A stretch of DNA of 64,000 nucleotides from Methanocaldococcus indicus (GTDB lineage Archaea > AGJL01 > Methanococci > Methanococcales > Methanocaldococcaceae), in NCBI RefSeq assembly GCF_049554935.1, contig NZ_CP186926.1, positions 192,001 to 256,000 of the forward strand. Reading direction: 5' to 3'. How positions within the stretch are numbered: position 1 is the first letter of the stretch; the number at the start of each line of letters is the position of its first letter. The translations under genes and the position numbers were made by a program. Below, in pieces: positions 11,490-23,747 of the stretch. The notes below the pieces were generated by a model that was given only the letters and a program-made list of their open reading frames with translations, had not been told where the DNA came from and did not search any database.

Positions 11490-11514
11490 AATTATAAATT
11501 TTTAGGTGATAGTA

Positions 11515-12213
11515 ATGTTTGATATAAATTTAATAATTTCATTGTTGGAGATAACTATTGCAGGAGCTATTATTGACGCAAGTGTTCATTTTATTCCTGT
11601 TGGAGGAGCTCCAGCAGCTATGGCTACATCTACTGGGGTTGGAACTGGAACAACACAGTTGGCAGCTGGAGCAGGATTTACTGGATTGTTAGGAGCAGCT
11701 GTTATGTCTCAAATGGTTGGATTATCAACAACTGGAATAATATTAATCTTAATATCTGGAGCTATTAGTTCAATGATAATGCTTGGAGTTACAATGTTAA
11801 TTGGGCAATTAATTTATGTATTTGGGGTTGGAGTTGTTCCAGCAGCTGATAAATGTGAAGTAGACCCTATAACAAAAGACCCTCAAAAGCCATATATTAC
11901 TCCAGGGACAACAGGGCATGGTGTTCCAACAGTTTGTTTTATTAGTGGTTTAATTGGAGCTGCATTGGGAGGAATTGGAGGAGGATTAGCATATATTGCT
12001 TTACAGCAGTTAGGATTTAAGCCAGCAGTTGCTGGAATATTAGCAGTTGGATTCTTCTTTATTAATGCAGTTCTTGCATCTTACAATATAGGAGGTACTA
12101 TTGAAGGGTTCCATGACCCAAAATTCAAGAAAATCAATAATGGTATTATTGCATCTGCAGTTGCATCTTTTGTATTTGCAATATTCAGTGTATTAATGGC
12201 ATTAAACATTTAA
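11515..12213 (+). CDS. mtrD: Mtr subunit D
   Basis: [27 protein letters not shown]. Confidence 0.98.
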   Translation: MFDINLIISLLEITIAGAIIDASVHFIPVGGAPAAMATSTGVGTGTTQLAAGAGFTGLLGAAVMSQMVGLSTTGIILILISGAISSMIMLGVTMLIGQLIYVFGVGVVPAADKCEVDPITKDPQKPYITPGTTGHGVPTVCFISGLIGAALGGIGGGLAYIALQQLGFKPAVAGILAVGFFFINAVLASYNIGGTIEGFHDPKFKKINNGIIASAVASFVFAIFSVLMALNI

Positions 12214-12227
12214 AAAGGTGAAAATTT

Positions 12228-13034
12228 ATGTCTCATGGTGGAGGAGGTCATGCTAAGGACTTATATCCAGAAGAGCAGATATTTGGTGTAGGTATATTAT
12301 TATCATTAATTGGATGTTATTTAGTTCATTTCTTAGAGCCATATGGTTTAGGAACATTATTAGGTGGATTATTGGTTTCTGCTGCTTGTGTAGCTGGAGC
12401 AAACACTGTAAGAAAAGTAGCATCTTATGGATTAGGGACTGGAGTTCCATCTATAGGTATGGTTAGTTTAGGTATGGGAACATTAGCAGCTATTGCAGGA
12501 ATTTTAATACCTAAAGCATTAGGTTATGCATCAATTACTCCATATGTAGCACCTATCTTAACTTTAATCATTTCTGCAATTATAGGAGTTATTGTAGGTA
12601 AGCTTACAGTTAATCCTGTTGGAATGAAAATTCCTATTATGGTTAGAAGTATGACATTCTTGTCCATAGCAGGAGCTATGGCATTGTTAGGATTCTCTGC
12701 TGTCTATGCTGGTAGTTTAAGTCCAGATGTATTTTTAAATGGAGCTCTAAATGATGGAATGATGGCTGTTGCATTTATAGTTGCCGGTATGGCAATACTT
12801 CATCCATTTAACGCATGTTTAGGACCAGATGAAAGCCATAAGAGAACTTTAACATTAGCAATTGCATGTGCATTATTAAGTTGGTTTATATTTTCAATAT
12901 TAAAGTTAGATGTAATATCAATAGTAGTGTCTATAATACTATGGGCAATTGTATATTTCAAATATGTTAAAATGTCATTAAACGATGCATGTTGTGTATT
13001 ACATGTTCCAGAATTGCCTAAGAAAGAAGAATAA
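12228..13034 (+). CDS. mtrC: Mtr subunit C
   Basis: [21 protein letters not shown]. Confidence 0.98.
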   Translation: MSHGGGGHAKDLYPEEQIFGVGILLSLIGCYLVHFLEPYGLGTLLGGLLVSAACVAGANTVRKVASYGLGTGVPSIGMVSLGMGTLAAIAGILIPKALGYASITPYVAPILTLIISAIIGVIVGKLTVNPVGMKIPIMVRSMTFLSIAGAMALLGFSAVYAGSLSPDVFLNGALNDGMMAVAFIVAGMAILHPFNACLGPDESHKRTLTLAIACALLSWFIFSILKLDVISIVVSIILWAIVYFKYVKMSLNDACCVLHVPELPKKEE

Positions 13035-13043
13035 GGTGGAAAC

Positions 13044-13358
13044 ATGGCTTATTATGTTTTTATAGATGAAAAAATTCCTTTGGTTTATAATGTTGAAACT
13101 GGTGTTATAACCAAAGGATTTGGAGATGTACTATTCGTAGATACTTCTGGAATTGAGCAGGAATTAGATAAATTAGCCAAATTAGTAGATGCTTATGAAC
13201 ATTCCTTAGATCCAAGATATCCACCATTAAATACATTTCCTAATAGGGATAATGTATATAAAATTGCAGGATACTTTAAGGGAATATTTATTGGATTTTG
13301 GCTTAGTTTAGGAATTCTATCTTTAATACTTATGATGTTAGGAGTAAAATTCTTCTAA
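13044..13358 (+). CDS. mtrB: Mtr subunit B
   Basis: SLDP...FPNR; C-terminal TM; operon order. Confidence 0.95.
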   Translation: MAYYVFIDEKIPLVYNVETGVITKGFGDVLFVDTSGIEQELDKLAKLVDAYEHSLDPRYPPLNTFPNRDNVYKIAGYFKGIFIGFWLSLGILSLILMMLGVKFF

Positions 13359-13390
13359 ATAAAAATTTTTAAATTTTTTAGGTGATAGTT

Positions 13391-14116
13391 ATGGTAGAGA
13401 AAAAAGAACCAGCTCCAGGATGGCCTATAGTCTCAGGAGAATATGTTGTCGGAAATCCTGAAAGTTGTGTTGGTGTTGTAACATTAGGTTCCCATGGTTT
13501 AGAACAAGCATGTATTGAAGCTGGAGCAGCTATTGCAGGACCATGTCACACTGAAAACCTAGGTATTGAAAAAGTAGTAGCCAACTACATATCAAATCCA
13601 AACATCAGATTTATGATATTATGTGGTTCTGAGGTTCAAGGACATATAACAGGACAATGTTTTAAAGCACTATGGGAAAATGGTATTGATGATTCTGGAC
13701 AAATCATTGGAGCTAAAGGGGCAATTCCATTTTTGGAGAATGTTGATAAAGATGCAGTTGAAAGATTTAGAAGACAGATAGTTGAAGTTATTGATTTAAT
13801 TGATTGTGAGGATATTGGAAAAATTACTCAAGCTATAAAAGAGTGTTTAAGTAAAGACCCGGGAGCAATAGATGAAGACCCATACATCATTGATTTAGAA
13901 GGTGGTGGAAAAGGAGAAGAGGAAGAAGGAGCTGCTATAAAACCAATAACTCCTGAAATGGCTATAATTGAGAGTAGAATAAGATTAATTGGAAATGAAA
14001 TGCAATACAATGGATTATTAGCAAAATGGCAAGCAGGATATTACAATGGAAAAATACAAGGTTTAGCGGCAGGACTGTTTATTATGATTTTATTATTAGG
14101 AATTATGATGTTATAA
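13391..14116 (+). CDS. mtrA: Mtr subunit A (corrinoid protein)
   Basis: [23 protein letters not shown]. Confidence 0.98.
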   Translation: MVEKKEPAPGWPIVSGEYVVGNPESCVGVVTLGSHGLEQACIEAGAAIAGPCHTENLGIEKVVANYISNPNIRFMILCGSEVQGHITGQCFKALWENGIDDSGQIIGAKGAIPFLENVDKDAVERFRRQIVEVIDLIDCEDIGKITQAIKECLSKDPGAIDEDPYIIDLEGGGKGEEEEGAAIKPITPEMAIIESRIRLIGNEMQYNGLLAKWQAGYYNGKIQGLAAGLFIMILLLGIMML

Positions 14117-14132
14117 TTTCCAGGTGAAAGTA

Positions 14133-14339
14133 ATGAGTATAGAAATCTCAAATAAACCAAATATAAAGTCAATACAAGAATATTTAGAGGATTTAGAGTA
14201 TAAGGTAGGATTAATAACAAGAAATAGAGGGTTAGAGTCAGGAGTAGAATCTGCTGGAATCAGAGGAATTGCCTGTGGAGCTGTCTTTGGAATAGTTATG
14301 ATGACTATTGCCTTAGCTCTATATTACTTATTGAGGTGA
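14133..14339 (+). CDS. mtrF: Mtr subunit F (short form)
   Basis: [11 protein letters not shown] + TM helix; operon order. Confidence 0.93.
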   Translation: MSIEISNKPNIKSIQEYLEDLEYKVGLITRNRGLESGVESAGIRGIACGAVFGIVMMTIALALYYLLR

Positions 14340-14344
14340 GTTAA

Positions 14345-14596
14345 ATGAGTGATGAAAAAGTTCCACAAGTAATAATGGACCCTAATGATTATGAAAGATT
14401 AAAAAAAAGATTAGATGAATTAGAGAAGAAAGTTGAAAATACAAATGCAGAACTTTTCCAAATGGCTGGAAAAAAAGTTGGAAGAGATATTGGGATATTA
14501 TATGGTTTAGTTATCGGGATAATACTTTCATATATATTACCATTTATTGTTAAGTTAATTCAAGTTTTAAGCATAAAAATTACAGTTGTTAAATAA
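14345..14596 (+). CDS. mtrG: Mtr subunit G
   Basis: GKKVGRDIGILYG. Confidence 0.97.
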   Translation: MSDEKVPQVIMDPNDYERLKKRLDELEKKVENTNAELFQMAGKKVGRDIGILYGLVIGIILSYILPFIVKLIQVLSIKITVVK

Positions 14597-14620
14597 AAAA
14601 ATTAAGAAGGTGAGATAGGC

Positions 14621-15580
14621 ATGTTTAAATTTGATAGAGAACAACACTTATATGAAATAGCTGGAAGAAAATGTGGAGGACAGCCAGGAGAATATCCAAC
14701 AGCTTTAGCAGGAACAATATTCTATGCAAGACACAAAATAGTTGAAGATGAAAGAAAAGGTATATTTGATAAAGCAGCTGCTGAAGATTTAATAAATAAA
14801 CAAGCTGAAATGGAAGATATAACTGGAAATCCTGCTTGGGTACAAGTATTTGGAGGAACACCAGAAGCATTAGTTAAATATATTGATTTTGTTGCTGATA
14901 TTTGGGATGGACCAATGTTATTAGATTCTACATCAGGAGAAGCAAGAATGGCTGCTGCTAAAAGAGCAACAGAAGCAGGATATGCAGACCAATGTATTTA
15001 TAACTCTATCAATGTTTCTATTGAGGAGCAAGAATTCCAAGTTTTAGTAGAAAGTGATATTACAGCATCTATTGTCTTGTGTTTTGACCCAATGGACCCA
15101 ACAGTTGAAGGAAAAATAAATGTCTTATTAACTGGAGGTAAATCAGGAAGTACAGGTTTATTAGAATTAGCTGAAAAAGCAAATATAGATAAATTATTTA
15201 TTGATACAGCAGTTACACCATTAGGAAATGGTGCAGGGCCAGCTGTTAGAGCATCTTTCGCTGTTAAGGCAATATTTGGTTATCCTGTTGGTAGTGGTAT
15301 CCACAATATTCCATCTGCATGGGATTGGTTAAGAGAATTCAGAAAAAAATTAAGAGAAGAGGGACACAGAGAATTAGCAAAAGAAATAAGAGCAGTATGT
15401 GATGTTGGAGCTACATTAATGCAAGTTTTAGCTGCTGGGGATTTTGTCTTATATGGACCAATAGATGATGCTCAAGTTGTGTTCCCAGCAGTTGCAATGG
15501 TTGATGCTACAATTGCAGAAGCAGCAAAAGAGTTAGGAATTGAACCAGTAGATAACCATCCATTCAAGAAATTAGTATAA
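14621..15580 (+). CDS. mtrH: Mtr subunit H
   Basis: GGQPGEYPT, GSGIHNIPSAWDW. Confidence 0.98.
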   Translation: MFKFDREQHLYEIAGRKCGGQPGEYPTALAGTIFYARHKIVEDERKGIFDKAAAEDLINKQAEMEDITGNPAWVQVFGGTPEALVKYIDFVADIWDGPMLLDSTSGEARMAAAKRATEAGYADQCIYNSINVSIEEQEFQVLVESDITASIVLCFDPMDPTVEGKINVLLTGGKSGSTGLLELAEKANIDKLFIDTAVTPLGNGAGPAVRASFAVKAIFGYPVGSGIHNIPSAWDWLREFRKKLREEGHRELAKEIRAVCDVGATLMQVLAAGDFVLYGPIDDAQVVFPAVAMVDATIAEAAKELGIEPVDNHPFKKLV

Positions 15581-15596
15581 ATTTAATTAATAATAA

Positions 15597-16994
15597 TTAT
15601 TTTTTATTTTTCCATCTCCATCCACTTTTTACCCAATCTTCACTTAAATTATTCTTTTTGGCAAATTCTTTTAACTTTCTTTCCCATCTATCCCACAAAT
15701 TAGGATAAAGTTTTTTTATTCTTTCTATTTCTCCCAATCCCATAGCTGGGCAAATATAACATCCAATTCTATCAAATCCTTTCTCATATAATTTGTTATA
15801 TGGAGCGTTTTCTTTTAAAAGGTAAATCCAAACGTGTAATGCACTCCAATGGAAAATAGGTAAAGCATTAATCTGTTTTTTTATGTATGTATTCCTATGA
15901 ACTAATTTTTTCTTAGCTCTATTGAAACTTTCATACTTTCTAATTCCAACAAAAGAAAGAACATCATCCTTATAATTTTTTTCTAAATATTCTTTTAAAG
16001 GATTTAGTTTTAAAATGTCTGAGCACCATCTATAATCTCTTGCAGGAACTCCATATTTATCAACTAATTCCCAAAAATTAGGTGATTTAATTACATTTAC
16101 CTTTATATTGTATGTATCTTCAACTTCTTTAATATTCTCCAAAGTTTCAGGCAACTCCAAACCAGTATCTATAAAAAGGACATCAAAATTACTTAGAGCT
16201 TTTTTAACTAAGATTAAAGTGGTTAAACTATCCTTTCCTCCAGAATAAGCAACTATAACAGGTCTATTAATCTTTTCAACAGTATTCTTTATAAAACCTA
16301 TTGCATTTTGTTCATATTTTTTAATTACTTCTTCATTTGCTTTTATTGTTAAATTAATTGCTTCATCAAAAGAATACTTTTTAAAATCATTATTATTTAT
16401 CTTTCTAATTTCTCTTACTTTAATAATTTTCCCTTTATCTAAATTTTCTATATCTTCTGAACTTACCAATGCTTTTCCAACGCCTATAACTTCATTTTTA
16501 TAGTTCAAGATTATTACATCATCATCTTTTTTAAATTCCTTATACTCTACAATTCCAGGTTTTAAAATAGTCATTCCCTTTTTTATAATTTTAGACAAAT
16601 TTTCATCTATTTTGATTATTTTTTTGTTTGCTCCTTTATTATATAGAGTATAAGCTCCAAAAGTTTTTAGCTTAATTTTCCAGTCTTTTAATTTTTCATT
16701 ATAATATAGAATATATTTAACCTCACCATCTGATATAATTTCATATCCTTCTTCAAATCCTGTTAATTTATTCAATAGAATAAAGGATTCAGTCTTATCA
16801 TTAATTCCATATTCTTTCTTTAAAACATCATTTAAAAATTCAATGTCATATCTAAATCCTATTCTTACATCTCCTGGTGGGGTAATTTTAACATTTAAAC
16901 TTTCTTCACCACAAATACCACATTTTCTTCCTAAAAGAGGGATATTACATTTAGGACACCATTTTAAATGTATTTTACCTATATAGTGTTTCAT
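15597..16994 (-). CDS. PAPS-reductase-family PP-loop protein with Zn ribbon and PUA domain
   Basis: CPKC/CGIC, PUA-like ILKPGI...DDVII...IGVG, SGGKDS, RWCS, RIGCYICP; ATG 16994 follows GAGGT. Confidence 0.88.
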   Translation of the reverse strand: MKHYIGKIHLKWCPKCNIPLLGRKCGICGEESLNVKITPPGDVRIGFRYDIEFLNDVLKKEYGINDKTESFILLNKLTGFEEGYEIISDGEVKYILYYNEKLKDWKIKLKTFGAYTLYNKGANKKIIKIDENLSKIIKKGMTILKPGIVEYKEFKKDDDVIILNYKNEVIGVGKALVSSEDIENLDKGKIIKVREIRKINNNDFKKYSFDEAINLTIKANEEVIKKYEQNAIGFIKNTVEKINRPVIVAYSGGKDSLTTLILVKKALSNFDVLFIDTGLELPETLENIKEVEDTYNIKVNVIKSPNFWELVDKYGVPARDYRWCSDILKLNPLKEYLEKNYKDDVLSFVGIRKYESFNRAKKKLVHRNTYIKKQINALPIFHWSALHVWIYLLKENAPYNKLYEKGFDRIGCYICPAMGLGEIERIKKLYPNLWDRWERKLKEFAKKNNLSEDWVKSGWRWKNKK

Positions 16995-17007
16995 AATTAA
17001 CCTCATA

Positions 17008-17835
17008 TTATATTTTTTTAGCAATAACTCCTAAGGCATTAGGGACTCTTTTAATAGATTTAAATCCTACTCTCCTTAATCTTTCCATAACTCCTTTTTG
17101 TAAATCTTTCCCCCTATACTTCTTTCCAGGATTTCCTACATAATGAAATAATCTACCTCCATCTTTAAGAACTCTATAAAGTTCTTTATAGAATTCTTCA
17201 CTATAAAGATGTCCTGCTAAACTAAATCTTGGAGGGTCGTGAATAATAGCTGTAAATGTCTCATCTTCAAACTCTTTAATTTTATCAAAACTGTCCCCTA
17301 ATAAAACCTTTATATCTCCTTTAAATAATTCTTCACTATATGGATTTATTTTAGCTAATTCTAAAACATATCTGTTCTTTTCAATGGTTGTTACATCTGC
17401 TCCTCTTTTATAACTCTCAATTGCAGTATAACCTAAACCCATACATGTATCTAAGACAATATCTCCCTTTTTTATATTTATTGAATTAACTTTGTTTAAT
17501 GTATCTTGGTAAGGATTTACTTCCTTAGTTCTATGCATCCTTATACCACTAATCTCAATAGTTGGGGGAATAGTTGGAACTAACTTATAAAATCCTTCAT
17601 CTGTTGAAATTGCTGCTTTATAAAGATGATTATCTTTTAAAAAATAGAGAGTGTTATCCTTAGCTATCTTTTTTAAGGTTTTAAAATCTACTTCTCCCTC
17701 TGGAAAAATAGCTTTTTCATCCTTTATAATAATCTTTTCTAATTTATTTGTTTTATATAAATCCAAATTTAAAAAAATATAATTATCTTTTGATAAAAGA
17801 ATTTTTTTAGCCATTTTAGGAGTTATGTAGTTCAT
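17008..17835 (-). CDS. Archaeal class I SAM-dependent methyltransferase (COG2521-like)
   Basis: LDTCMGLGYTA motif I; IHDPPRF motif IV. Confidence 0.88.
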   Translation of the reverse strand: MNYITPKMAKKILLSKDNYIFLNLDLYKTNKLEKIIIKDEKAIFPEGEVDFKTLKKIAKDNTLYFLKDNHLYKAAISTDEGFYKLVPTIPPTIEISGIRMHRTKEVNPYQDTLNKVNSINIKKGDIVLDTCMGLGYTAIESYKRGADVTTIEKNRYVLELAKINPYSEELFKGDIKVLLGDSFDKIKEFEDETFTAIIHDPPRFSLAGHLYSEEFYKELYRVLKDGGRLFHYVGNPGKKYRGKDLQKGVMERLRRVGFKSIKRVPNALGVIAKKI

Positions 17836-17854
17836 ATATCATCATCAAATAATT

Positions 17855-18433
<579 letters not shown>

Positions 18434-18443
18434 TCACCTTTTT

Positions 18444-19766
18444 TTATTTTTTAAGAAATTTAGATATAATTGGGTGAAGTTCTGCAATTTGTTCTCTAAT
18501 TATTTGCTCATACATTCTATAAACTATTGATACAGTTAATAATACTCCTGTCCCTCCACCTAATGCACCAATAAAATTTGCTATAGCTGCTAAAAAACCA
18601 ACAAATGCAGAACTCATAACAGTTATAGGAAAAATATATCTTTTTAATCTTTGTTCTATTGCTTTATGGCTTTTTCTAAAACCTTTAATTGCCATATTTA
18701 AAGAACTTATTCTTTGCGCCATTGACTTAGCATCTAAACCAGAAGTTTCAACCCAAAATATACCAAATATAACACAGAATATTATCATAGCAATCATATA
18801 AATAATTGCATGTATGGGGTCAGCTAATACTGAGTATATTCCATAAGGAGTAGATAGATAGTATGCTATCCCACTAATAGCTCTTCCACCTTCATAACTA
18901 CCTAATATAGGAATCCCCAACTTGTATAGAGCATATCCCCAAAGTTGTATATTTGCAAATAATGCAGCTGTTAAGATAACTGGCATATTTGAGACATAAA
19001 CAAATTTTATTGGATATCTTGCTACTAAACCCTTTATCCTACCATGAGCTAAAGGAATTTCTACTCTTAAAGATTCAGCATATACAACCATTAAAAATAC
19101 AATGATAGTTCCTAATATTGGCAAAATATATTGTATTTCTGGAGCTCCTTGCATTAAACTTCCTAAGAATTTCCATAAATATCCTTCTGGACCAAAAGTT
19201 CCAACAAATATTGTTTGAGACACTCCAGCAGCAATGAATAACCCAATTCCTGAGCCAATTCCATATTTTGAAACAATTTCATCTAAATAAATTAATGCGA
19301 TAGAACCTAAAGCTATCTGTATAATAACCAACAATGCCAACAATGGTGATAAAGCTCCAAAAGCTCCAGCTCCGACAAATAAAGCAGCTTCAACAAAACT
19401 TAATATTATGGATAATAATTTTTGAGTACCTTGAAATAATGCTCTATCCTCAGGGTTTGAAAAATCTAACTCTAAAATTTTAGCTCCAACTAATAACTGC
19501 ATAATAATCCCAGCAGTAACAATAGGGCCAATCCCCAATGTTATTAAAGTACCTATTCTAGATGCAGTTATAGTTTGCCAAAATTCAAATATTGCTGGGA
19601 TTTGTGCTCCAGCAGTATATATATCAATAGTTCCCATTATAAAATAAAGAACTAACACTAAACCTGTCCATTTTAATTTTTCTGTGAAAGATAATTCCTT
19701 AATGGGATTATCCACTTCAGGAATCTTTTCCAATATTGGAACTAAGGATTTTAGAACATCTTTCAA
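18444..19766 (-). CDS. secY: Preprotein translocase SecY
   Basis: TLGIGPIVTAGII, GIGSGIGLFIAAG; TTG start after GGTGAT. Confidence 0.98.
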   Translation of the reverse strand: MKDVLKSLVPILEKIPEVDNPIKELSFTEKLKWTGLVLVLYFIMGTIDIYTAGAQIPAIFEFWQTITASRIGTLITLGIGPIVTAGIIMQLLVGAKILELDFSNPEDRALFQGTQKLLSIILSFVEAALFVGAGAFGALSPLLALLVIIQIALGSIALIYLDEIVSKYGIGSGIGLFIAAGVSQTIFVGTFGPEGYLWKFLGSLMQGAPEIQYILPILGTIIVFLMVVYAESLRVEIPLAHGRIKGLVARYPIKFVYVSNMPVILTAALFANIQLWGYALYKLGIPILGSYEGGRAISGIAYYLSTPYGIYSVLADPIHAIIYMIAMIIFCVIFGIFWVETSGLDAKSMAQRISSLNMAIKGFRKSHKAIEQRLKRYIFPITVMSSAFVGFLAAIANFIGALGGGTGVLLTVSIVYRMYEQIIREQIAELHPIISKFLKK

Positions 19767-20051
19767 AATTATCACCCTCTAAAGAATTCTTTAATTCTTT
19801 AATTTAAAATACATCTCATACTTTAAATATAATTTATAATTAATTTTGATTATAATCTAAGAAACATGTGATAAAAAAATTAAATATAATAATCAAAAAA
19901 GTTAGTTATGGGAATATAACTATTAAAAACATGAAGTAAGTTTAAAATATATTTAAAAATATTATTAATAATATTACTATATTTATCTTGTAAATTTTCA
20001 TTATCTAAGTCAAAATATAAAAACAGTAGAAAAATCATAAAAAAAATTTTT

Positions 20052-20483
20052 TTATAGTTCAATAGCTTCTCCTCCTGCCTCTTCTATTTTTATTTTTGCT
20101 TTCTCTGATATTTCTATTGCTTTAACAACCATAGGGATTGTTACTTTACCTTTACCCAAAACTTTTTCATATCCTAACTCTGTAACATCTACAATATATT
20201 TATCTCCTTCTTTTTCAAATTTATCAGGATTTTTTAGAACTAATTCTTCCAATTCACAGACATTTATTGTCTCTAAATCTTTAACTATTGATGGATGTCT
20301 CTTAAACCCATATTTACCAAAGTGGTCAGGTTCATATTTTATTATCCATGTCCATTTATGTTTGTGTCCTCCAGCTAATCCTCTACCCCCTCTATTTCCA
20401 GCTCCTCTTCTTTTCTTATGACTTCCTCCTCCACAGGTTCTTGAGCCTCTATATTTTTTTACTTTTCTCTTTTTTCTTATCAT
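20052..20483 (-). CDS. rpl15: Ribosomal protein uL15
   Basis: [19 protein letters not shown]. Confidence 0.97.
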   Translation of the reverse strand: MIRKKRKVKKYRGSRTCGGGSHKKRRGAGNRGGRGLAGGHKHKWTWIIKYEPDHFGKYGFKRHPSIVKDLETINVCELEELVLKNPDKFEKEGDKYIVDVTELGYEKVLGKGKVTIPMVVKAIEISEKAKIKIEEAGGEAIEL

Positions 20484-20493
20484 ATCTATCACT

Positions 20494-20958
20494 TTACATC
20501 ATTTTTTCTAATAATTCATTGATTTTTTCTCCTCTATATCCTAAAGCTCCTCCAATATTAAAATGCTTCTTAATTCCTTTTCTTTCCCATCCTTTTCTTG
20601 GAGGATGTAATCTAAATACTGGCTTTAATGGAGTTTCTTTAAGCTTTATTTCTCCTTTTATTATTTTTTCAACTAATTCATCTAACTCCATTCCAGTTAG
20701 TTCTTTAATTTTTTCTTCATCTACTCTTTTATCTCCTTTTAATCTACCTCTCTTTAATATCAACTTTTTTAGTGTTTCTTTATCAATCTCTCCCCAAGTT
20801 ATATAATCTTTTACTTTTTCTAACATTCCTTTGTATGTATCTGTTTCAGGGATAACAACACAATGGTTAGTTTTGTGTAATCTTAACATCTTTAATGTAT
20901 CTTCTATATCTCCTCTCACTTTAATTCTACCTCTCACTCTTACAACAGCATAGGCCAT
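20494..20958 (-). CDS. rpl30: Ribosomal protein uL30
   Basis: [16 protein letters not shown]. Confidence 0.97.
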   Translation of the reverse strand: MAYAVVRVRGRIKVRGDIEDTLKMLRLHKTNHCVVIPETDTYKGMLEKVKDYITWGEIDKETLKKLILKRGRLKGDKRVDEEKIKELTGMELDELVEKIIKGEIKLKETPLKPVFRLHPPRKGWERKGIKKHFNIGGALGYRGEKINELLEKMM

Positions 20959-20970
20959 ATTTAACTCACC

Positions 20971-21624
20971 TTAAAATATTCTTCCTTCTAAAATTCCTAA
21001 TTTTTCTTTGTGTTTTGGCATAGTTTTTGTGTAATTTAAACTTTTTAATGCTTCATAAGTTGCCATAGCAAAGTTGTATGTTGTTCTTGTCTCTCCAAAT
21101 GTTTTAGTCCAGACATCTTTAATTCCAGCTAATCCTAAAACTGCCTTAGCAACATCCCCAGCAACTAATCCAACTCCTTTAGGAGCAGGTAGTAAAATAA
21201 TAGCGGTACTTGAACATTTACCATATCCTTTATAAGGAACTGAATGAGGTGTTCCACAACCACATTCCCAAGAACCACAACCTCTTTTAACTCTAATAAT
21301 ATTTTTCTTTGCCTGTGCAATAGCTTTTCTTATTGCTGGCCCTACTTCCTTAGCTTTTCCTTTACCTACACCAACATATCCATTTCTATTTCCTACAACA
21401 ACAGTAGCTCTGAATCTTGCTCTTCTTCCAGATTTGTGCATTCTTTGGACTAATTTAACATCTAAAACTTTTTCTTCTAAATCTGGAATTAGAGCATCTA
21501 CTATTTCTGGCTCTAATATTGGTAAATTGTTATCTAATATATAATCTATATCAGTTATCTCTCCCTCTTTAACCATTTTTCCAATGGTTGTTTTAGGTTC
21601 CCACTCATCTATATTAAATCTCAT
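20971..21624 (-). CDS. rps5: Ribosomal protein uS5
   Basis: [19 protein letters not shown]. Confidence 0.98.
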   Translation of the reverse strand: MRFNIDEWEPKTTIGKMVKEGEITDIDYILDNNLPILEPEIVDALIPDLEEKVLDVKLVQRMHKSGRRARFRATVVVGNRNGYVGVGKGKAKEVGPAIRKAIAQAKKNIIRVKRGCGSWECGCGTPHSVPYKGYGKCSSTAIILLPAPKGVGLVAGDVAKAVLGLAGIKDVWTKTFGETRTTYNFAMATYEALKSLNYTKTMPKHKEKLGILEGRIF

Positions 21625-21641
21625 ATTCTCACCTTAAAAAT

Positions 21642-22229
21642 TTAATATAGTTCATCTATTTTATTCTTAATTTCATCAAAATGTTCTGGTAAATCTTCAG
21701 GATTTAAACCTTTTTCTAAGTATTTTGAAAATTGTCTTTTGTATTTTTCTTCATCTTCCTCTTTTAACATTTCAGCATAAGCTTTTATATGCTCTCCTCT
21801 AATTCTTTCTTCTTCTGGAAGAATACTTTCTCCATGAGGAACATCTAAGCCTGCATCAACTGCTCCTTTTAAAATTGCAAATACTGCTGCTCCTTTTGTA
21901 GCTCTATGTAGTCCTATATCTAAGACAGCCTCTTTATAACCTTTTTGTAATGCTTTTTTACCTAATAAGTATCCTGTTAAATAAGCAGCAGGTAAGTTTC
22001 CACAATGTCCTTTATAGCCTAATTTTACTAACTCTCTTGAGTGAGCTGAAACAACTGTTCTATCTCCTTTTTCATCATATTCAATAATTTGAGCAATTAT
22101 ATGATTTAGTGTTTTTCTTGCAACTAATCTTGGCTTTCTTGATAACAACAATCTTAATCTTTTTCTATAATCTGTTTTTGCTTCTCTTCTTCTTCTGAAT
22201 TTTACTCTGTATGTTGGTTTATGTGCCAT
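21642..22229 (-). CDS. rpl18: Ribosomal protein uL18
   Basis: [19 protein letters not shown]. Confidence 0.98.
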   Translation of the reverse strand: MAHKPTYRVKFRRRREAKTDYRKRLRLLLSRKPRLVARKTLNHIIAQIIEYDEKGDRTVVSAHSRELVKLGYKGHCGNLPAAYLTGYLLGKKALQKGYKEAVLDIGLHRATKGAAVFAILKGAVDAGLDVPHGESILPEEERIRGEHIKAYAEMLKEEDEEKYKRQFSKYLEKGLNPEDLPEHFDEIKNKIDELY

Positions 22230-22250
22230 ATGTGTTTCACCTTATAAAAA

Positions 22251-22700
22251 TTATTTTTTTAGTATTTCATGTTCTTCCATATAGAGGAAGAGGTGTGCTC
22301 TACTTCTGAAGTATCCTCCTTTTGCCATTCTATATAATTTCCTATATACATTTCTGTCTATTTGTCCATCATCTCTTAACTGTTTAAGAGTTTTTCTTAA
22401 AGCTCTTATAGTGTTCATCCATTTTTCTTTTGGAGGTGTTCTTGCACCTTTTGCTCCTCTTCTTGAACCAGGCCCTCTTCTTCTACCTTTCTTTCTCTGC
22501 TCTTTCAATTTTTTTACTCTTGCTGAACTAATTCCTTTCTTTTGGAGCTTTTTAATAACTCCTCTCTTAATCAAAGCTCTTATATCATCTCTTGATAAAG
22601 CTGCTTTTACATCTTCTAAATGTTCTGGGTCAATCCAAACTCTATCCAATCCACATTTTAATATTTCAGCAGCTATTCTTCTTTGAACTGAAACATCCAT
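22251..22700 (-). CDS. rpl19e: Ribosomal protein eL19
   Basis: QRRIAAEILKCG..RVWIDP. Confidence 0.98.
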   Translation of the reverse strand: MDVSVQRRIAAEILKCGLDRVWIDPEHLEDVKAALSRDDIRALIKRGVIKKLQKKGISSARVKKLKEQRKKGRRRGPGSRRGAKGARTPPKEKWMNTIRALRKTLKQLRDDGQIDRNVYRKLYRMAKGGYFRSRAHLFLYMEEHEILKK

Positions 22701-22712
22701 AAAGATTCACCT

Positions 22713-23144
22713 TTATTCTGCTTTAACTTCTTCAACTTCTTCTTTAACTAATTTTAATAGCTCTTCCTGTTTTTCTTCTGAAATATTTAATATTCTTATA
22801 CCTAACTCTCTTGCTCTTTTAATAATCTCTATTTTTTTCTTTTTTCCAACTGTTGATGCAATTCTTGCTCCATCTGTTTCAGGATTTAAAGCTTCAAGTT
22901 CTTTAACATTATGAACCAATACATCTCTTAATCCTGATGGATGAAGACCTCTAACAGCCTTTGGAGCTCTATATCCAACACTAACAACTGCAGGTTTCTC
23001 TTTCCATTTTAATCTCATCTTGTTGTGTCTTCCTTTTGGTCTTCTCCATTTTTCTCCTAATCTTTTATGTCTATGAGCTTCTGTCCTTAAAAAATTAGGT
23101 TTTTTTCTTTTTAATTTAAATCTTAATCTTAACAATCTGTCCAT
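22713..23144 (-). CDS. rpl32e: Ribosomal protein eL32
   Basis: [14 protein letters not shown]. Confidence 0.98.
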   Translation of the reverse strand: MDRLLRLRFKLKRKKPNFLRTEAHRHKRLGEKWRRPKGRHNKMRLKWKEKPAVVSVGYRAPKAVRGLHPSGLRDVLVHNVKELEALNPETDGARIASTVGKKKKIEIIKRARELGIRILNISEEKQEELLKLVKEEVEEVKAE

Positions 23145-23155
23145 GTTTCTCCACC

Positions 23156-23707
23156 TTAGATAGCTTTACCAGCTTTCTCAACAATATAAATTCCATCTTG
23201 GAATACTCTTGGGTCTCTATTTTTAATTTTAGTAGCTTGTTCAATATTTGCAGCTGTTTGTCCTACTTTCTCTTTATCTATTCCTGTAACAATAACATCT
23301 TCTCCACTAACTTTTACAGTTACTCCTTCTAATATTTTTGCTCTTCTTGGGTGTTTCTCTCCTAAGAAATTCTCAATAATAACTTCATTTCCTTTGACAT
23401 ATACTTTCATTGGGAAGTGTGCATATCTTATTTTTAATTTGTAAGTAAATCCTTCAGTTACTCCTTTAATCATATTTCTAATATGAGCAGCAATAGTTCC
23501 TAACATTGCCTTATCTTTTCTTTTAGGATATTCAACAAATACAACAACTTCATCATTTTCTTTTTTTATTCTTATTTTTGGATGAGAAAATTTTCTTCTT
23601 AATTCCTTGTTTCCACTTTTAACTATAACTTCATTGTCATCTTTAATCTCAACCTGAACATTTTCAGGAATTTTAATTCTCTCTTCCAAATAGACAGCAA
23701 CTGGCAT
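23156..23707 (-). CDS. rpl6: Ribosomal protein uL6
   Basis: [21 protein letters not shown]. Confidence 0.98.
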   Translation of the reverse strand: MPVAVYLEERIKIPENVQVEIKDDNEVIVKSGNKELRRKFSHPKIRIKKENDEVVVFVEYPKRKDKAMLGTIAAHIRNMIKGVTEGFTYKLKIRYAHFPMKVYVKGNEVIIENFLGEKHPRRAKILEGVTVKVSGEDVIVTGIDKEKVGQTAANIEQATKIKNRDPRVFQDGIYIVEKAGKAI

Positions 23708-23747
23708 TGTTTCACCTTAAATAATTTATATATGCATTCATTAGTGT

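Noticed and set aside
19880-20062. 60-aa ORF between rpl15 and secY
   Set aside because: Extremely AT-rich, F/I/N/Y-biased, starts inside the rpl15 end and crosses its T-rich terminator region; more likely a spacer with the secY promoter
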